IMG/VR virus record: IMGVR_UViG_2901146262_000001
Span: 1-64,000 of that record
From: a virus
Taxonomy: Duplodnaviria > Caudoviricetes
Reading direction: 5' to 3' (one strand)
DNA: 64,000 nucleotides
The notes under the pieces are model-generated. The model searched no databases, had not been told where the DNA came from, and saw only the letters and a list, made by a program, of their open reading frames with translations. Shown one piece after another: positions 40,532 to 50,407 of this stretch; the stretch's first letter is position 1, and the number at the start of each line of letters is the position of its first letter. A program made the position numbers and the translations under genes.

Positions 40532-40885
40532 TTACTCTTCTGGATCTGGATTATCAGTCTTCAATTCATCTATCTGCGCCTGTAATCCTGAAATTAAATC
40601 ATCTACCTCAGACTTAGGGTATACGTCACCTGAATTGGCTTTATCAGCTACCTTACCAGCCAGATCATCAACAGATGTTGCGGTTGCTAATCCCGATACA
40701 TCTGGAATAGAGGGAGTATTAGTTAAATCATTATAGCTATGTGTGTGGCTATCATCGGCTTTTTGTCCAACTAAATCAGTTAACGCGCTTATATCAGTGT
40801 CTACCTCTGCGAGTTTTCCATCTACGTAATCACCATCTACAAATCCTTCTAAATCACTCTTTTTAGCAATTTCAATTCCTGCCAT
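40532..40885 (-). CDS. Small fibre-like structural protein
   Basis: KAD..HTHSYNDL.N.P.IP and KAN..DVY.KSEVD fibre repeats. Confidence 0.6.
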   Translation of the reverse strand: MAGIEIAKKSDLEGFVDGDYVDGKLAEVDTDISALTDLVGQKADDSHTHSYNDLTNTPSIPDVSGLATATSVDDLAGKVADKANSGDVYPKSEVDDLISGLQAQIDELKTDNPDPEE

Positions 40886-40887
40886 TA

Positions 40888-41100
40888 TTACACCACCTGT
40901 TCCACATAAACTTTATTATCTTCTATGTACATTCTAGAATTCTTGTTTTCTTCATCAAAATAAACATTGTCGTTTTCATCAATATAAATAGGGTCGGTAG
41001 GGGAGAATATAATATTTCCATCTTCCAATTTTACATCTTCGCCGCCAGAACCCGTTCTACTAGAGCCAAATCCACCTAAGAAATATCCTTGTCCTAACAT
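40888..41100 (-). CDS. Hypothetical protein
   Basis: Probable start MLGQGYF at 41100, coupled to the upstream stop. Confidence 0.5.
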   Translation of the reverse strand: MLGQGYFLGGFGSSRTGSGGEDVKLEDGNIIFSPTDPIYIDENDNVYFDEENKNSRMYIEDNKVYVEQVV

Positions 41101-41357
41101 TATCTTCCACCTACCCAAAAATACTGAATGTTATCTTCTAAGAACTTAAATGACTTAACATATACGTCAGACTGGTCAGTGGAAAATCCTATTCCAGACT
41201 TTAAGAAAATTGGATCGCTGCCATTAATACTTACGGTAGAATCTCCTTCATTCATCAAGCTGAATTTATAAAACTTAGAAGCTGTTGGTAGTATTTCTTC
41301 ATTTGCTACACTAGTTTTAATAGAATCCGTTCCATGAAAACTTGAACCATATTGCAT
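41100..41357 (-). CDS. Hypothetical beta-rich virion protein
   Basis: RBS AAGGAG; V.INGSDPIFL..G.GF motif. Confidence 0.6.
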   Translation of the reverse strand: MQYGSSFHGTDSIKTSVANEEILPTASKFYKFSLMNEGDSTVSINGSDPIFLKSGIGFSTDQSDVYVKSFKFLEDNIQYFWVGGR

Positions 41358-41395
41358 TTACATCTCTCCTTTTTGATTATAATAGGGAGGATGTA

Positions 41396-41620
41396 CTATT
41401 CACCATCTTCATCCTCGTTTTGATCTTCGTCTTTTAATTCAACGGGTGTGATACGCACAATGGAGTAGCGCTGCACCACGACTGCTCTCGATCCACTTCC
41501 TAATGCAATCATATTGTGCTTGCTATCATTCAAACGTTCTGCAATCTCCTCAGCATCATAGTTATCAATCGTTAAGTTTTTAATGATACCATCATTCATC
41601 TTTACCTCAACTTCAGCCAA
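41396..41620 (-). CDS. Hypothetical protein
   Basis: Coupled ORF in the operon. Confidence 0.55.
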   Translation of the reverse strand: MAEVEVKMNDGIIKNLTIDNYDAEEIAERLNDSKHNMIALGSGSRAVVVQRYSIVRITPVELKDEDQNEDEDGE

Positions 41621-41622
41621 TT

Positions 41623-42066
41623 TTACTCACCACCATCTTGTTTGGCATCCTTACTGTCTTCTCCTTCAAATCCGCTATACAAATGTTCAAATGCAACAGC
41701 TTCTTTGCCATCCCATTCAACTTCGCAGTCCTCAACTGAATTCTTAACAGACTTTAAAGCGACCTGTGAGTCTCCGCCATCAATTACAATTTTATCCTCA
41801 TAGAACTCTTGCATAATTTTCCGAAACTCTTCAATATCAACTTTAAGATCTAAAGTTCCATTTTCTTTTATTTTTGGTTCATCATCTTCATTTAAATGGC
41901 TGTGATCCTTACGAATTTCCTTTTCTTCTTTAATAATTCTATCTAATTTTTCTTTTAACTGATTAGCTAACCGTGTTCTATGTATAGATTTCATACCTTT
42001 TAGAGGCATTTTTTCTAGTACGGACACACAATTTCCAACCTGAATATTTTCTAACTTTAATTGCAT
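41623..42066 (-). CDS. DUF1617-like phage protein
   Basis: L.LKG.KS..RTRL motif. Confidence 0.6.
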   Translation of the reverse strand: MQLKLENIQVGNCVSVLEKMPLKGMKSIHRTRLANQLKEKLDRIIKEEKEIRKDHSHLNEDDEPKIKENGTLDLKVDIEEFRKIMQEFYEDKIVIDGGDSQVALKSVKNSVEDCEVEWDGKEAVAFEHLYSGFEGEDSKDAKQDGGE

Positions 42067-42093
42067 TTTATTTCCTCCGTTTATTCCAAATTA

Positions 42094-42336
42094 TTACTGA
42101 TAATTATCTTCATTATTTCTGTTTAAAAGATCAGTTTTAACCTCAATATCACGTATGATCATGTCTTTTTGACCTAATTCATAAGCATCCTCAAATAATC
42201 CACGTAAAACAGCTAATTTTTCATCATTGGTTTCACACTCAAGAACTATTTCGAAGTATTCTTCTGTAATTTGACAAGCTTCGCAGTCACATTCTTCATC
42301 ATTTTGATCATCTGGAAAGTTGTAGATATCTGCCAT
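42094..42336 (-). CDS. Acidic hypothetical protein with CxCxxC
   Basis: ORF with an RBS. Confidence 0.55.
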   Translation of the reverse strand: MADIYNFPDDQNDEECDCEACQITEEYFEIVLECETNDEKLAVLRGLFEDAYELGQKDMIIRDIEVKTDLLNRNNEDNYQ

Positions 42337-42418
42337 TCAAATCATCCTTTAATCATATTTTGAAAGAAAGGGGAGAGGCGTATGTAATTTTACACCTCTA
42401 CATTATAATGTTACTTAA

Positions 42419-43615
42419 TTAATTTTTAAATTTAATTATGTACTCGCATTCCATTCCATAATTCTCGTCAAATACAATAAACTTTTGAGAAGGGGAACCA
42501 CCAAATCTTCCTTGTGTGGCATAATCATCCAATCCAATCAAAGATCCATTTACTAGAGTAGTAGTTTTCCCATACTCTTTCATATAATTATGGTGCACAT
42601 GCCCACCCACAATAAAGTCAGGCACATAGCCCAGTAATTGAGGAAGTCTTGTCACAGCTTTATCGGCTTGATCGAAGTTTCCATGAACAAACACCATTTT
42701 GCTGTCAAAAATATTAGCTTCCACATAGCCATCTTTATCGACGATCATCTCAACATTATCTAAATGACTTAACCTAGCTTCTAGAAACCAAGGTACAAGA
42801 TACTCAAAGTTTTCGCTTAGGCCAACATCCGACTTATTGGGTGATGTACGTGCATGGTTTCCGATAACATTGTAATAAACAATTTTAGGGAAAACACTTG
42901 CTAATTTGTTAATCACTTCAGCTAATCTTTCAGATGCATGCTGGATTTGTCCAACCAAGGTCTCGTTCGCTTGCACTCTAGCCGAAACATGAATCAGCCC
43001 ATTTATTAAATCACCAAGTTGAGCAATGTGCAGCGTAGATATGTTATTTGTTGTGCCATGTCTGATGATTTTGTCAACTAATTCTCTTACTCGTAAGTCG
43101 AATATTTCTTTATTGTATTTATTATGATTGTTATCAACTTCACTCCCAAAATGCCAGTCGCTAAACAATGCTAACCCATGTTTCTCATCATTTACATGTA
43201 TTTTATATTTTTCATGAGGATGAAGAGGCTTAACTTTCTCCAATTCAAAAATAGATTCACGAACGTCTATTTGAATATTTTCGAATCTGGCGGAGTTACG
43301 AAGCATTTTTTGATACTCACGCTTCTGATCCTGCTTACGAATCTTCTCTTTTTCTTGCTCAATCCTAGATTCTTCATATAAGGCTAATCTTTCCTGATCT
43401 AAGCTATTTTGCAATATGTAGTCTTTCCAACGTATATACAATGAGTAGTCTTTTCTCCACTTGCTTTCATCGTAATTAGTTCCCGCAGCTTCATTCAATA
43501 GGTTAGTGATAGTATATTTATCTATGTCATAGTCATCTTTGTTTTCAAACAGTCTAATATGATAGTCGTCTACACTTTCTCCGTCTCGCTTATGCAAAAA
43601 TTCAGGCAAAGTCAT
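42419..43615 (-). CDS. Metallophosphoesterase (YonJ-like)
   Basis: SDWH, GDLI, GNH, HG and GHVH calcineurin-like motifs. Confidence 0.85.
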   Translation of the reverse strand: MTLPEFLHKRDGESVDDYHIRLFENKDDYDIDKYTITNLLNEAAGTNYDESKWRKDYSLYIRWKDYILQNSLDQERLALYEESRIEQEKEKIRKQDQKREYQKMLRNSARFENIQIDVRESIFELEKVKPLHPHEKYKIHVNDEKHGLALFSDWHFGSEVDNNHNKYNKEIFDLRVRELVDKIIRHGTTNNISTLHIAQLGDLINGLIHVSARVQANETLVGQIQHASERLAEVINKLASVFPKIVYYNVIGNHARTSPNKSDVGLSENFEYLVPWFLEARLSHLDNVEMIVDKDGYVEANIFDSKMVFVHGNFDQADKAVTRLPQLLGYVPDFIVGGHVHHNYMKEYGKTTTLVNGSLIGLDDYATQGRFGGSPSQKFIVFDENYGMECEYIIKFKN

Positions 43616-43619
43616 TCAA

Positions 43620-43826
43620 TCACTCACTTTCCTCTACGTCTTCGATAACGTCTTTTTGAGTAATTGCAATACTAACTTCAACACCGCCAGCACCGATCTT
43701 CTTCAGTGCTTCTGCAATATCGAAAGTTTCACCTTCAGTTGCTTTATTTGTAGAAATTAACTTTCCCAGTTCTGGATCATATAGTCCTTTATTTTTAAAT
43801 TCTTTCGTAATGTTAGTCTTGTACAT
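43620..43826 (-). CDS. YonK-like small protein
   Basis: Size and position upstream of the YonJ-like gene. Confidence 0.55.
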   Translation of the reverse strand: MYKTNITKEFKNKGLYDPELGKLISTNKATEGETFDIAEALKKIGAGGVEVSIAITQKDVIEDVEESE

Positions 43827-43859
43827 ATTTATTACTCCCTTTTATTCTATTTTTCTAGA

Positions 43860-44525
43860 CTACCAAACTAAATCATCAGCCTTTTGCGCCAATTTTCCCC
43901 TAAAGTTATGAGTCAAAGTACACACTTTGACGTAATCCTCACCTTCAAAGTGCTCTATGTATGGAGTAAATCCACTTTTAGAAGGGTTCTTCAGGTCTAT
44001 TTGTCCGTCATGGCCAATCATTATAACTCGGCACGAGTCATGTATTCTGGTTAATAGCTTCTTTAAGTCACCTTTAGTAAAGTTTTGACTTTCATCAATT
44101 ACAACTACCTTGTTGACAATATTTGTTCCACGTAGGAATACATGGGAATTGGCTTCCACCCATGTGTTTTCATTAATCATGTCATTATTAGTTTCTCTCT
44201 TCAGAGCAAATCTAGAATCTTCGTTAATCGCTGACAATGCATCTAACAGTGGACTAATATACTTAGACTCTTTCTTTTCTACCCCACCATCTGTGTACCC
44301 GAGAGTTCCTTCTTCAACAGGGTTAAATGTATATAATAGTCCATCTAAATCATTTCTTTTATCTGCAATTAGTAACCTTGCTGATGCGATAGCTAGTGTC
44401 GTTTTACCAGTCCCAGCTTTCGCATTGCAAATTGTAAAAAGGTTGTCAAATACACTATCCACATAAACTTCTTGTTCGTCTGTTAACTCTAAGCCAAAAA
44501 ACATATTATCTTTCGGTCTGGGCAT
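43860..44525 (-). CDS. phoH: PhoH-family ATPase
   Basis: AGTGKT, FLRG, IDESQN, LTRI and G...QIDL motifs. Confidence 0.92.
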   Translation of the reverse strand: MPRPKDNMFFGLELTDEQEVYVDSVFDNLFTICNAKAGTGKTTLAIASARLLIADKRNDLDGLLYTFNPVEEGTLGYTDGGVEKKESKYISPLLDALSAINEDSRFALKRETNNDMINENTWVEANSHVFLRGTNIVNKVVVIDESQNFTKGDLKKLLTRIHDSCRVIMIGHDGQIDLKNPSKSGFTPYIEHFEGEDYVKVCTLTHNFRGKLAQKADDLVW

Positions 44526-44635
44526 GTATAATAGTCTCCCTAAGTTTATTTAGGTATCAGTGAGTGGAGGGGAAGAGTGCCCCTTACTTCCACTGTAGAC
44601 ACTCTATTTTTTATGTACTGTTATTTTAAAATTAA

Positions 44636-44917
44636 TTATTTTACTGATTCTTTCAATGCTTTACCTGCTTTGAATGCCGGAACTTTAGTTGCCGGAATAT
44701 CAATCTCAGTGCCGTCCTGTGGATTACGTCCCTTACGAGCAGCCCTCTCACGTACATCAAAATTGCCGAAGTTTAAAATCTGAACCTTTTCTCCACTTGC
44801 TAATGATTCTTGAATTGTTTCAAATACAGCATCCACCAATTGAGTTGCATCTTTCTTTGAAAAATCCACCTTACCTGCTACCTCTGTAATTAAATCTGTT
44901 TTGTTCATCCTTTTCAT
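44636..44917 (-). CDS. hup: HU DNA-binding protein (YonN-like)
   Basis: MNKTDLI...[17 protein letters not shown]...[10 protein letters not shown]. Confidence 0.95.
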   Translation of the reverse strand: MKRMNKTDLITEVAGKVDFSKKDATQLVDAVFETIQESLASGEKVQILNFGNFDVRERAARKGRNPQDGTEIDIPATKVPAFKAGKALKESVK

Positions 44918-45124
44918 TCTCCCTTTTGTTAAATTTTATTTATATTATAATGCTACTTAATCAAAAAAATAGGGAAGAGACTACTAATCCTTTATTTTTG
45001 TAGTTTAACTTTCGCCCTTCCTATAAAGACCATTAACGTTTTTATAAATTGAAACGGGAAAAGCGTTGGCATTACTGGTATTTCAAGGTTTGGTTGAAAA
45101 AATGTCACGCAATATGTACTTAAT

Positions 45125-47647
45125 TTATCCATTTCTTTGTCGTCTTTTCCTCAATTTAGCATCTTCTTTAACCTTTTCACTCTGGCAATCTGAGCATCTA
45201 ACCTGTCTAGAGTTAACGACCCTGAATGACGAATTGCAATCTGTGCAATTTCTTTTGTTTTTAACGTTGGCACCCAATGATTCTGTTAGTACATCACCGA
45301 ATGACTCCCATAAAGTCGTCTTTGCGCTACTTTCTTTTTCTCCATATAAATACTCCACCAATGTGTCGGTAATATATATTGGATTATTATTTATCTTGAG
45401 AAGCTTATCTCGTATAAACTTATAAACATATAGCCTATCATTGCTCTTGCGAACGTCGTCGTCGCTTATAAGCCACTTCTTTCTTCTATCTAAATATGTA
45501 TATCTTTCTATTATTTCACTATCTATTTTTGTTCTTGGATTCCTCATTAGCATCTTATAATCGAATTTACCTGCAACTTTCGTAAAGTAAATACGTTTAT
45601 TTGGTATTATGTAGTTGAGTCTATTTACCGCACTGTCATTAATCTCCTCCACGTTCTTATTGTCTTTATCCTTCGCAAAGATAAAGAAGTGGGGGACTTT
45701 GCTTTTTATGTATGAATTTATCCTGTCATTTACATGCTGCGGTCTAGTTGGCATATATAGCGTTTTTGCATAATCTATAATAAAGTTATTTTCCATGCAA
45801 AGCCATCTGACAACATCTAAATCAACATCCTTACTGTTCCATATCTTAGTTATGTTATTACTTACTTCTCCAATGTTCGCATGGAAAGCTTTTATTAAGC
45901 TGTCATATATTTTAGACTCAGTTATTTCCTCTTTAGGCGCGACAGCCATCTCGTAATACAGTGGGACTATGCCTTTCATATTTCTTTTTGCAACCCTAAC
46001 AAACGTGGGATCATCAACAACCAGAGCTTTGTCCCCATCAACATCAAATTGGAGCATTTTACTTATAGTGTCATGGATGCTGGTATAGATGCCATCCGTA
46101 ATAAACCACTTATCCAAAGTCTTACTTTTAACATTGTTTTTAATGCTATGTTCTCGATACAAGTGAGGGGATCTAAGTACATCAACTTCTCCTTCGTTGT
46201 ATAGCTTGCAATAAACATTGCCGTCGTGCAATAAACCTTTGGGGTTATTGTCTCCCAAAAACAAGTACTCGCAGAACGCATACATGTCTGGGCATATAAA
46301 GGTGTATTTGCCATCAATATTGATTCTGCCAGACTTCCCATTCCTTACAAGACTTCTCTTAACATCTTTAATTGATTGCTTCGCATGAATATCATTCAAT
46401 AATTCTGGATACATCTCCAGCGCTTTTTGAAAATAATTTTTTCTTGGATTACCTTCATTTGCACCTAGTACTCTCAGCATGGTTTCTTTATCTGAACCGA
46501 TCTCAATAATGTCCTCAATAGTGCTTTGTGATATCTCATCCAATTCTTCGTCCGTTATATCAGAGAGTGTCTGTATCATCTGGTAGTTTAACTTGGCTTC
46601 ATTGAAGACGTCTTCTTCTTCATTTAATTTAGCTGCCTGACAGTTATACTTTATAAATTTATCTTTGTAATCATCCCAGCTACTGTAGTACTTCCACATT
46701 TTAAATTGGCTTTTTGTGAATATGATCTGTATATCATCTTTCACTATATCCCATTCTTTTCCGTATATATCAGTAACTTTTGTCGCATCGTTATCTTCAG
46801 AGAATTTATCGAAAGGGAAGGGGACGAGTAATCCTTTAATAAACGGTAGTCTAACCATAAATGACTTATCATTCGATTGGGGCAGTATCATTCCCGCTCC
46901 ATCTGTATGCTCGATTGGTACGTCCATTTTCTTTCTAGCTATTTCATAGCTATCCCTATCTATGTAGTCAACCAAACCCTCTACATTTGTCTCTAAATCA
47001 TCTACAACGATTGTTTTGTCAATGTCAAACCCCTTTATTTCAACTGAAGCACTGTTAGTTAAAGCTATGTATGCAAGATACTTGTTGATATTACTTCCGC
47101 CTTGCTTATTGATATCTTTCACACTCAGCCCGCATGAGATGGTGTTTTTATGCTTATTCCATGAACTTTCTTTTATCCAAACGCCTTTCTTTGTTCGTAT
47201 TTGACCAGCACTTGATGAAAAGTATATGTATTTTTCTCCATTGTACATAAATCCGTTATGTATTAAGTCACGAAGAACTTCAAAATAATAGGCTCTAATC
47301 ACCAGTATTTCTTCGGTTAGGCTATTCGTAAGAACACCGAGCACTCTAGTTAAGGTTGTTTCAAATACTGATATGACGTTTGCCTCTTTAAGTTGATCCC
47401 CGTCCAAGTTCCTCATATCTCCATTATTATTTTTAATAAGTTCGACATTTAACTTCTTTTTCAACTTTCCAATCCTAGACTTGATAAAATGTTTTCTGTT
47501 TGGATTATCGTCCTTTAAAGATTTCAAATAATTAAAGTAACCGTAAGACCTCATCAGTTTTCTATGAATAGATTGCTCTACCTCATTATAGAATGCAGAG
47601 GTATCTAGAGAGTACATGTGTATTTGTTTTTGTAAGTCCATCGCCAA
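45125..47647 (-). CDS. yonO: Single-subunit DNA-dependent RNA polymerase, YonO type
   Basis: Q.H.YS.DTSAFY N-terminus; SAGQIRTKK, HTDG.GM, LRSPHL and catalytic DVDGD; C-terminal Zn ribbon; about 840 aa. Confidence 0.92.
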   Translation of the reverse strand: MAMDLQKQIHMYSLDTSAFYNEVEQSIHRKLMRSYGYFNYLKSLKDDNPNRKHFIKSRIGKLKKKLNVELIKNNNGDMRNLDGDQLKEANVISVFETTLTRVLGVLTNSLTEEILVIRAYYFEVLRDLIHNGFMYNGEKYIYFSSSAGQIRTKKGVWIKESSWNKHKNTISCGLSVKDINKQGGSNINKYLAYIALTNSASVEIKGFDIDKTIVVDDLETNVEGLVDYIDRDSYEIARKKMDVPIEHTDGAGMILPQSNDKSFMVRLPFIKGLLVPFPFDKFSEDNDATKVTDIYGKEWDIVKDDIQIIFTKSQFKMWKYYSSWDDYKDKFIKYNCQAAKLNEEEDVFNEAKLNYQMIQTLSDITDEELDEISQSTIEDIIEIGSDKETMLRVLGANEGNPRKNYFQKALEMYPELLNDIHAKQSIKDVKRSLVRNGKSGRINIDGKYTFICPDMYAFCEYLFLGDNNPKGLLHDGNVYCKLYNEGEVDVLRSPHLYREHSIKNNVKSKTLDKWFITDGIYTSIHDTISKMLQFDVDGDKALVVDDPTFVRVAKRNMKGIVPLYYEMAVAPKEEITESKIYDSLIKAFHANIGEVSNNITKIWNSKDVDLDVVRWLCMENNFIIDYAKTLYMPTRPQHVNDRINSYIKSKVPHFFIFAKDKDNKNVEEINDSAVNRLNYIIPNKRIYFTKVAGKFDYKMLMRNPRTKIDSEIIERYTYLDRRKKWLISDDDVRKSNDRLYVYKFIRDKLLKINNNPIYITDTLVEYLYGEKESSAKTTLWESFGDVLTESLGANVKNKRNCTDCNSSFRVVNSRQVRCSDCQSEKVKEDAKLRKRRQRNG

Positions 47648-47690
47648 TCAATCATTCCTCCCATTACTATACTATAATAATACCCTATAA

Positions 47691-47828
47691 TTAAAAAATA
47701 AAACGATCATATGTAGTTTCCGTCCCAGGTTCTTCTAGGAGATCGTCAACTCCTTCGCGAAATTTTGACTCTAAAATTAAATCAATATTGTTTAGTCCTG
47801 TTTCCTCATCGATAAATATATTCAACAT
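47691..47828 (-). CDS. 45-aa acidic ORF upstream of yonO (not in the ORF track)
   Basis: GGAGGTG RBS; MLNIFIDEETG...YDRFIF. Confidence 0.45.
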   Translation of the reverse strand: MLNIFIDEETGLNNIDLILESKFREGVDDLLEEPGTETTYDRFIF

Positions 47829-47855
47829 TTCTCACCTCCTTATTTTCGGCATACA

Positions 47856-47887
47856 TATATTATAATGCTACCCAATAAAAATGTCAA
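47856..47887 (-). promoter_or_regulatory. SigA promoter for the yonO operon, overlapping the operator motif
   Basis: TTGACA-17nt-TATAAT; contains ATTGGGTAGCATTATAATATA. Confidence 0.7.
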
Positions 47888-48150
47888 GCCCTCTATAAAT
47901 CACAACCTATTGAAAAATGGGGGATAGTTTATCTTCTTATATACAGATCGATTTAAGGCACCTGTAGAGGTAGTTATGCTATATAGATGTGTTCATTCCA
48001 ATCCTATATTAGAACGTTAGCCAGCATATCTAAATCGTCTCTAAAGTATATGTTCAATTGAATGATTAATATATTATAATATTACTTGACTTAATTTAAA
48101 ATGTCTGTATAATAAATATTATAAACGACAATTGAAAGGAATTAATAAAT

Positions 48151-49209
48151 ATGAATAACGTATATGAATTAAATAGAAATGAAGTATATGATGATATTGA
48201 AACATTCCTAGAGGATTTGAAGCATGGTAGTGATAAGACGCATCAGAGGTATAAAGCGAGCATTGAGTTGTTCTTTAACTGGACAGAGGATAACAGATAC
48301 ACCAGTGGAGATGTTTATTTTTTAACACCTATAGATATTACTAATATTGAATATACAACAATGCAGAAGTTCAGGACATTCCTAAAGGATGAGAGAAGGT
48401 ACGCCAATTCATCTACGAACAATACAATGACTGCTATTTATTCTTTATTCACTCATCTGAAGAAGGTTAAGAAAAACAAATACAAGATCCAACCAGATGA
48501 ATTGAGGTTGAAAAGTTTAAGTTTGACTGATGAGAATCATCACGGAGATATTGACTGGGAAGAGTCTGATAAGATGATTGAATATGTTAGTGGACTACCT
48601 AATAAAAAATTACCTAAAGTAAAGGCTGCGTTGATTCATACAGCAAGAATGACAGGTATTAGATTAAACGGTCTGCTGGGTCTTGACTATACAGATCTAC
48701 GCAGAGAAGGTGGAATGTGGGTATTGCACCATGCAATCAAAGGTAAGAAACATGCACAAGCTATCCGAGACGATCTGGCTGAGATGTTATTAGATTTAAG
48801 AAAAGATGAAAATGATAAGAATGAGAAAGTGTTTAAGTTATCCAGTAAGACAGTGGAGAGAATGATGAAGGAGATCAATGAGGCTATTGGTATTGATGAG
48901 AGTAGACAGGTTGTATTTCATAGCATTAGAAGATTATATGGCGGGGAAACATATGCTGCTTCTGGCAATGATATTATGAAGGTTAAGGATTATCTTGGCC
49001 ATAGTTCGATTGATACATCTAGAGGATACGTTGAAAGAAGTCAAAACCTAAAGGATTCCCCCGCTCTATACATTGGGTTAGATATGGATGAGTCAATGGT
49101 AGATCACTTGTCTGCAGATGATTGGAAGAAGTTATTTAAAGAAATGAGTAGAGGGTCACAATATGAAATAATTAACAAGATGAAAGAAATGGGAATGAGT
49201 CATTCTTAA
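48151..49209 (+). CDS. Tyrosine recombinase / integrase with complete catalytic set
   Basis: TGIR, FHSIRR, LGHSS..TS.GY; N-terminal S..T..RY domain. Confidence 0.88.
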   Translation: MNNVYELNRNEVYDDIETFLEDLKHGSDKTHQRYKASIELFFNWTEDNRYTSGDVYFLTPIDITNIEYTTMQKFRTFLKDERRYANSSTNNTMTAIYSLFTHLKKVKKNKYKIQPDELRLKSLSLTDENHHGDIDWEESDKMIEYVSGLPNKKLPKVKAALIHTARMTGIRLNGLLGLDYTDLRREGGMWVLHHAIKGKKHAQAIRDDLAEMLLDLRKDENDKNEKVFKLSSKTVERMMKEINEAIGIDESRQVVFHSIRRLYGGETYAASGNDIMKVKDYLGHSSIDTSRGYVERSQNLKDSPALYIGLDMDESMVDHLSADDWKKLFKEMSRGSQYEIINKMKEMGMSHS

Positions 49210-49234
49210 TTGAATGGCTTTTCTGTTTGTGTAT

Positions 49235-49266
49235 TTGACAAATTTATTAGGTGATATTATAATACA
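49235..49266 (+). promoter_or_regulatory. SigA promoter overlapping the operator motif
   Basis: TTGACA-17nt-TATAAT; contains ATTAGGTGATATTATAATACA. Confidence 0.7.
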
Positions 49267-49277
49267 TTCAAGGGAGT

Positions 49278-49490
49278 AAAAATCCATGAAAATTTTACAC
49301 TTGGGTTTTGCAAAAAAAGATGTTTTTTAAACAATTCCATGATAAAAGTACAACACATAGAGCGTAATATGAGAAATCATATACAGGACGTGGTTTACGG
49401 TGATTTTGCATATAATTAAAAACACAAATCTGTGAAAATTTTTCTTTTTGACCCTCTAATTTTTCAAAAATCCATGCTCAAAGTACAACA
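49278..49490 (+). repeat. Iteron-like direct repeats
   Basis: TCCATGATAAAAGTACAACA (49336) and TCCATGCTCAAAGTACAACA (49471), plus degenerate copies near 49280 and 49426; AT-rich tract follows. Confidence 0.5.
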
Positions 49491-49693
49491 TATTACTTCT
49501 ATATTATTAGATCTATTAATACTATATTATTCTCCGACAGCTTTATAATTGTTCTTTTTCATTTCATTCAAAGAAAATTATACGTGTCGATGTTGAATAA
49601 AACTGCTTGTTGGCATGTGTTGTGGTGTGTTTTACATGAATTATCTTATGTATTGGTTGTTTTGTAATTATAAAATTAAAAAGGGGTGTCTAA

Positions 49694-50407
49694 ATGTTTG
49701 CCTTTTCTAAGAAGCATACTTTGATTAATGGTAATTGGTTTACACAAGGTGAATATTTCTACTTTAAAGATGGTGGGGGTGAAAAATTATTAGCTTTATA
49801 TCTAAATTTGCAAAAGTTTATACGATATGATCAATTTAATTTTAAGTCTGATTTAAATTACGTCACATCTATCAAGCAAATTTATGACTCTATGAACGAA
49901 TATGGAAGGTTGGTCAGCATTGATGATGTATACGTGCTATTAAGTAGATTAGAAGAATTGTCTGTTGTTAAGGTAACGTCACATAAGAATTTCAAGTCTA
50001 AAAATAAGAATAGCCTATATACAAAGGAGTTGCTTATTATAAATGATTTGGATTATATGAAGTGTAGCTTCTATATGTCTGTACCACTAGATATAATCAG
50101 GTATATGCTGGAGAATGGGCTAACTTACAGACATGTTTCCTTATTTTTATTGATGAACAAGTGGACTAATAATCCAGAAGACAAGTGTTTTATTAGTGTA
50201 AATAAATTAGCAGAATGGATAGGTTATAGTAACAAGAGTGTACTTAAGTATTATGCCGATATGAATAAATTAGGAGTGATGGCAAGTTACCTGAAGAAAG
50301 ACAATAAGGGTCATACCAAATATGAACACTTCTTACTTAGAGATATGGACGATATTGACTCGTTTAAGAAGTCTAACTATACAGCTATGAATAAATTTAG
50401 AGAATAG
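49694..50407 (+). CDS. Tandem winged-helix protein, possible replication initiator
   Basis: Two wHTH-like units (TSI..I...L.RLEE..VV; CFIS..KLA.WIG.S...V......KLG); next to the repeats. Confidence 0.55.
   Translation: MFAFSKKHTLINGNWFTQGEYFYFKDGGGEKLLALYLNLQKFIRYDQFNFKSDLNYVTSIKQIYDSMNEYGRLVSIDDVYVLLSRLEELSVVKVTSHKNFKSKNKNSLYTKELLIINDLDYMKCSFYMSVPLDIIRYMLENGLTYRHVSLFLLMNKWTNNPEDKCFISVNKLAEWIGYSNKSVLKYYADMNKLGVMASYLKKDNKGHTKYEHFLLRDMDDIDSFKKSNYTAMNKFRE

Noticed and set aside
3648-47204. Many plus-strand ORFs of 60-200 aa in the ORF track
   Set aside because: Antisense shadows of long minus-strand genes, with no RBS or recognisable motifs
47945-48042. Long imperfect hairpin or recombination site between the divergent promoters
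   Set aside because: Only short terminal complementarity (CGATTTA/TAAATCG); too weak to call
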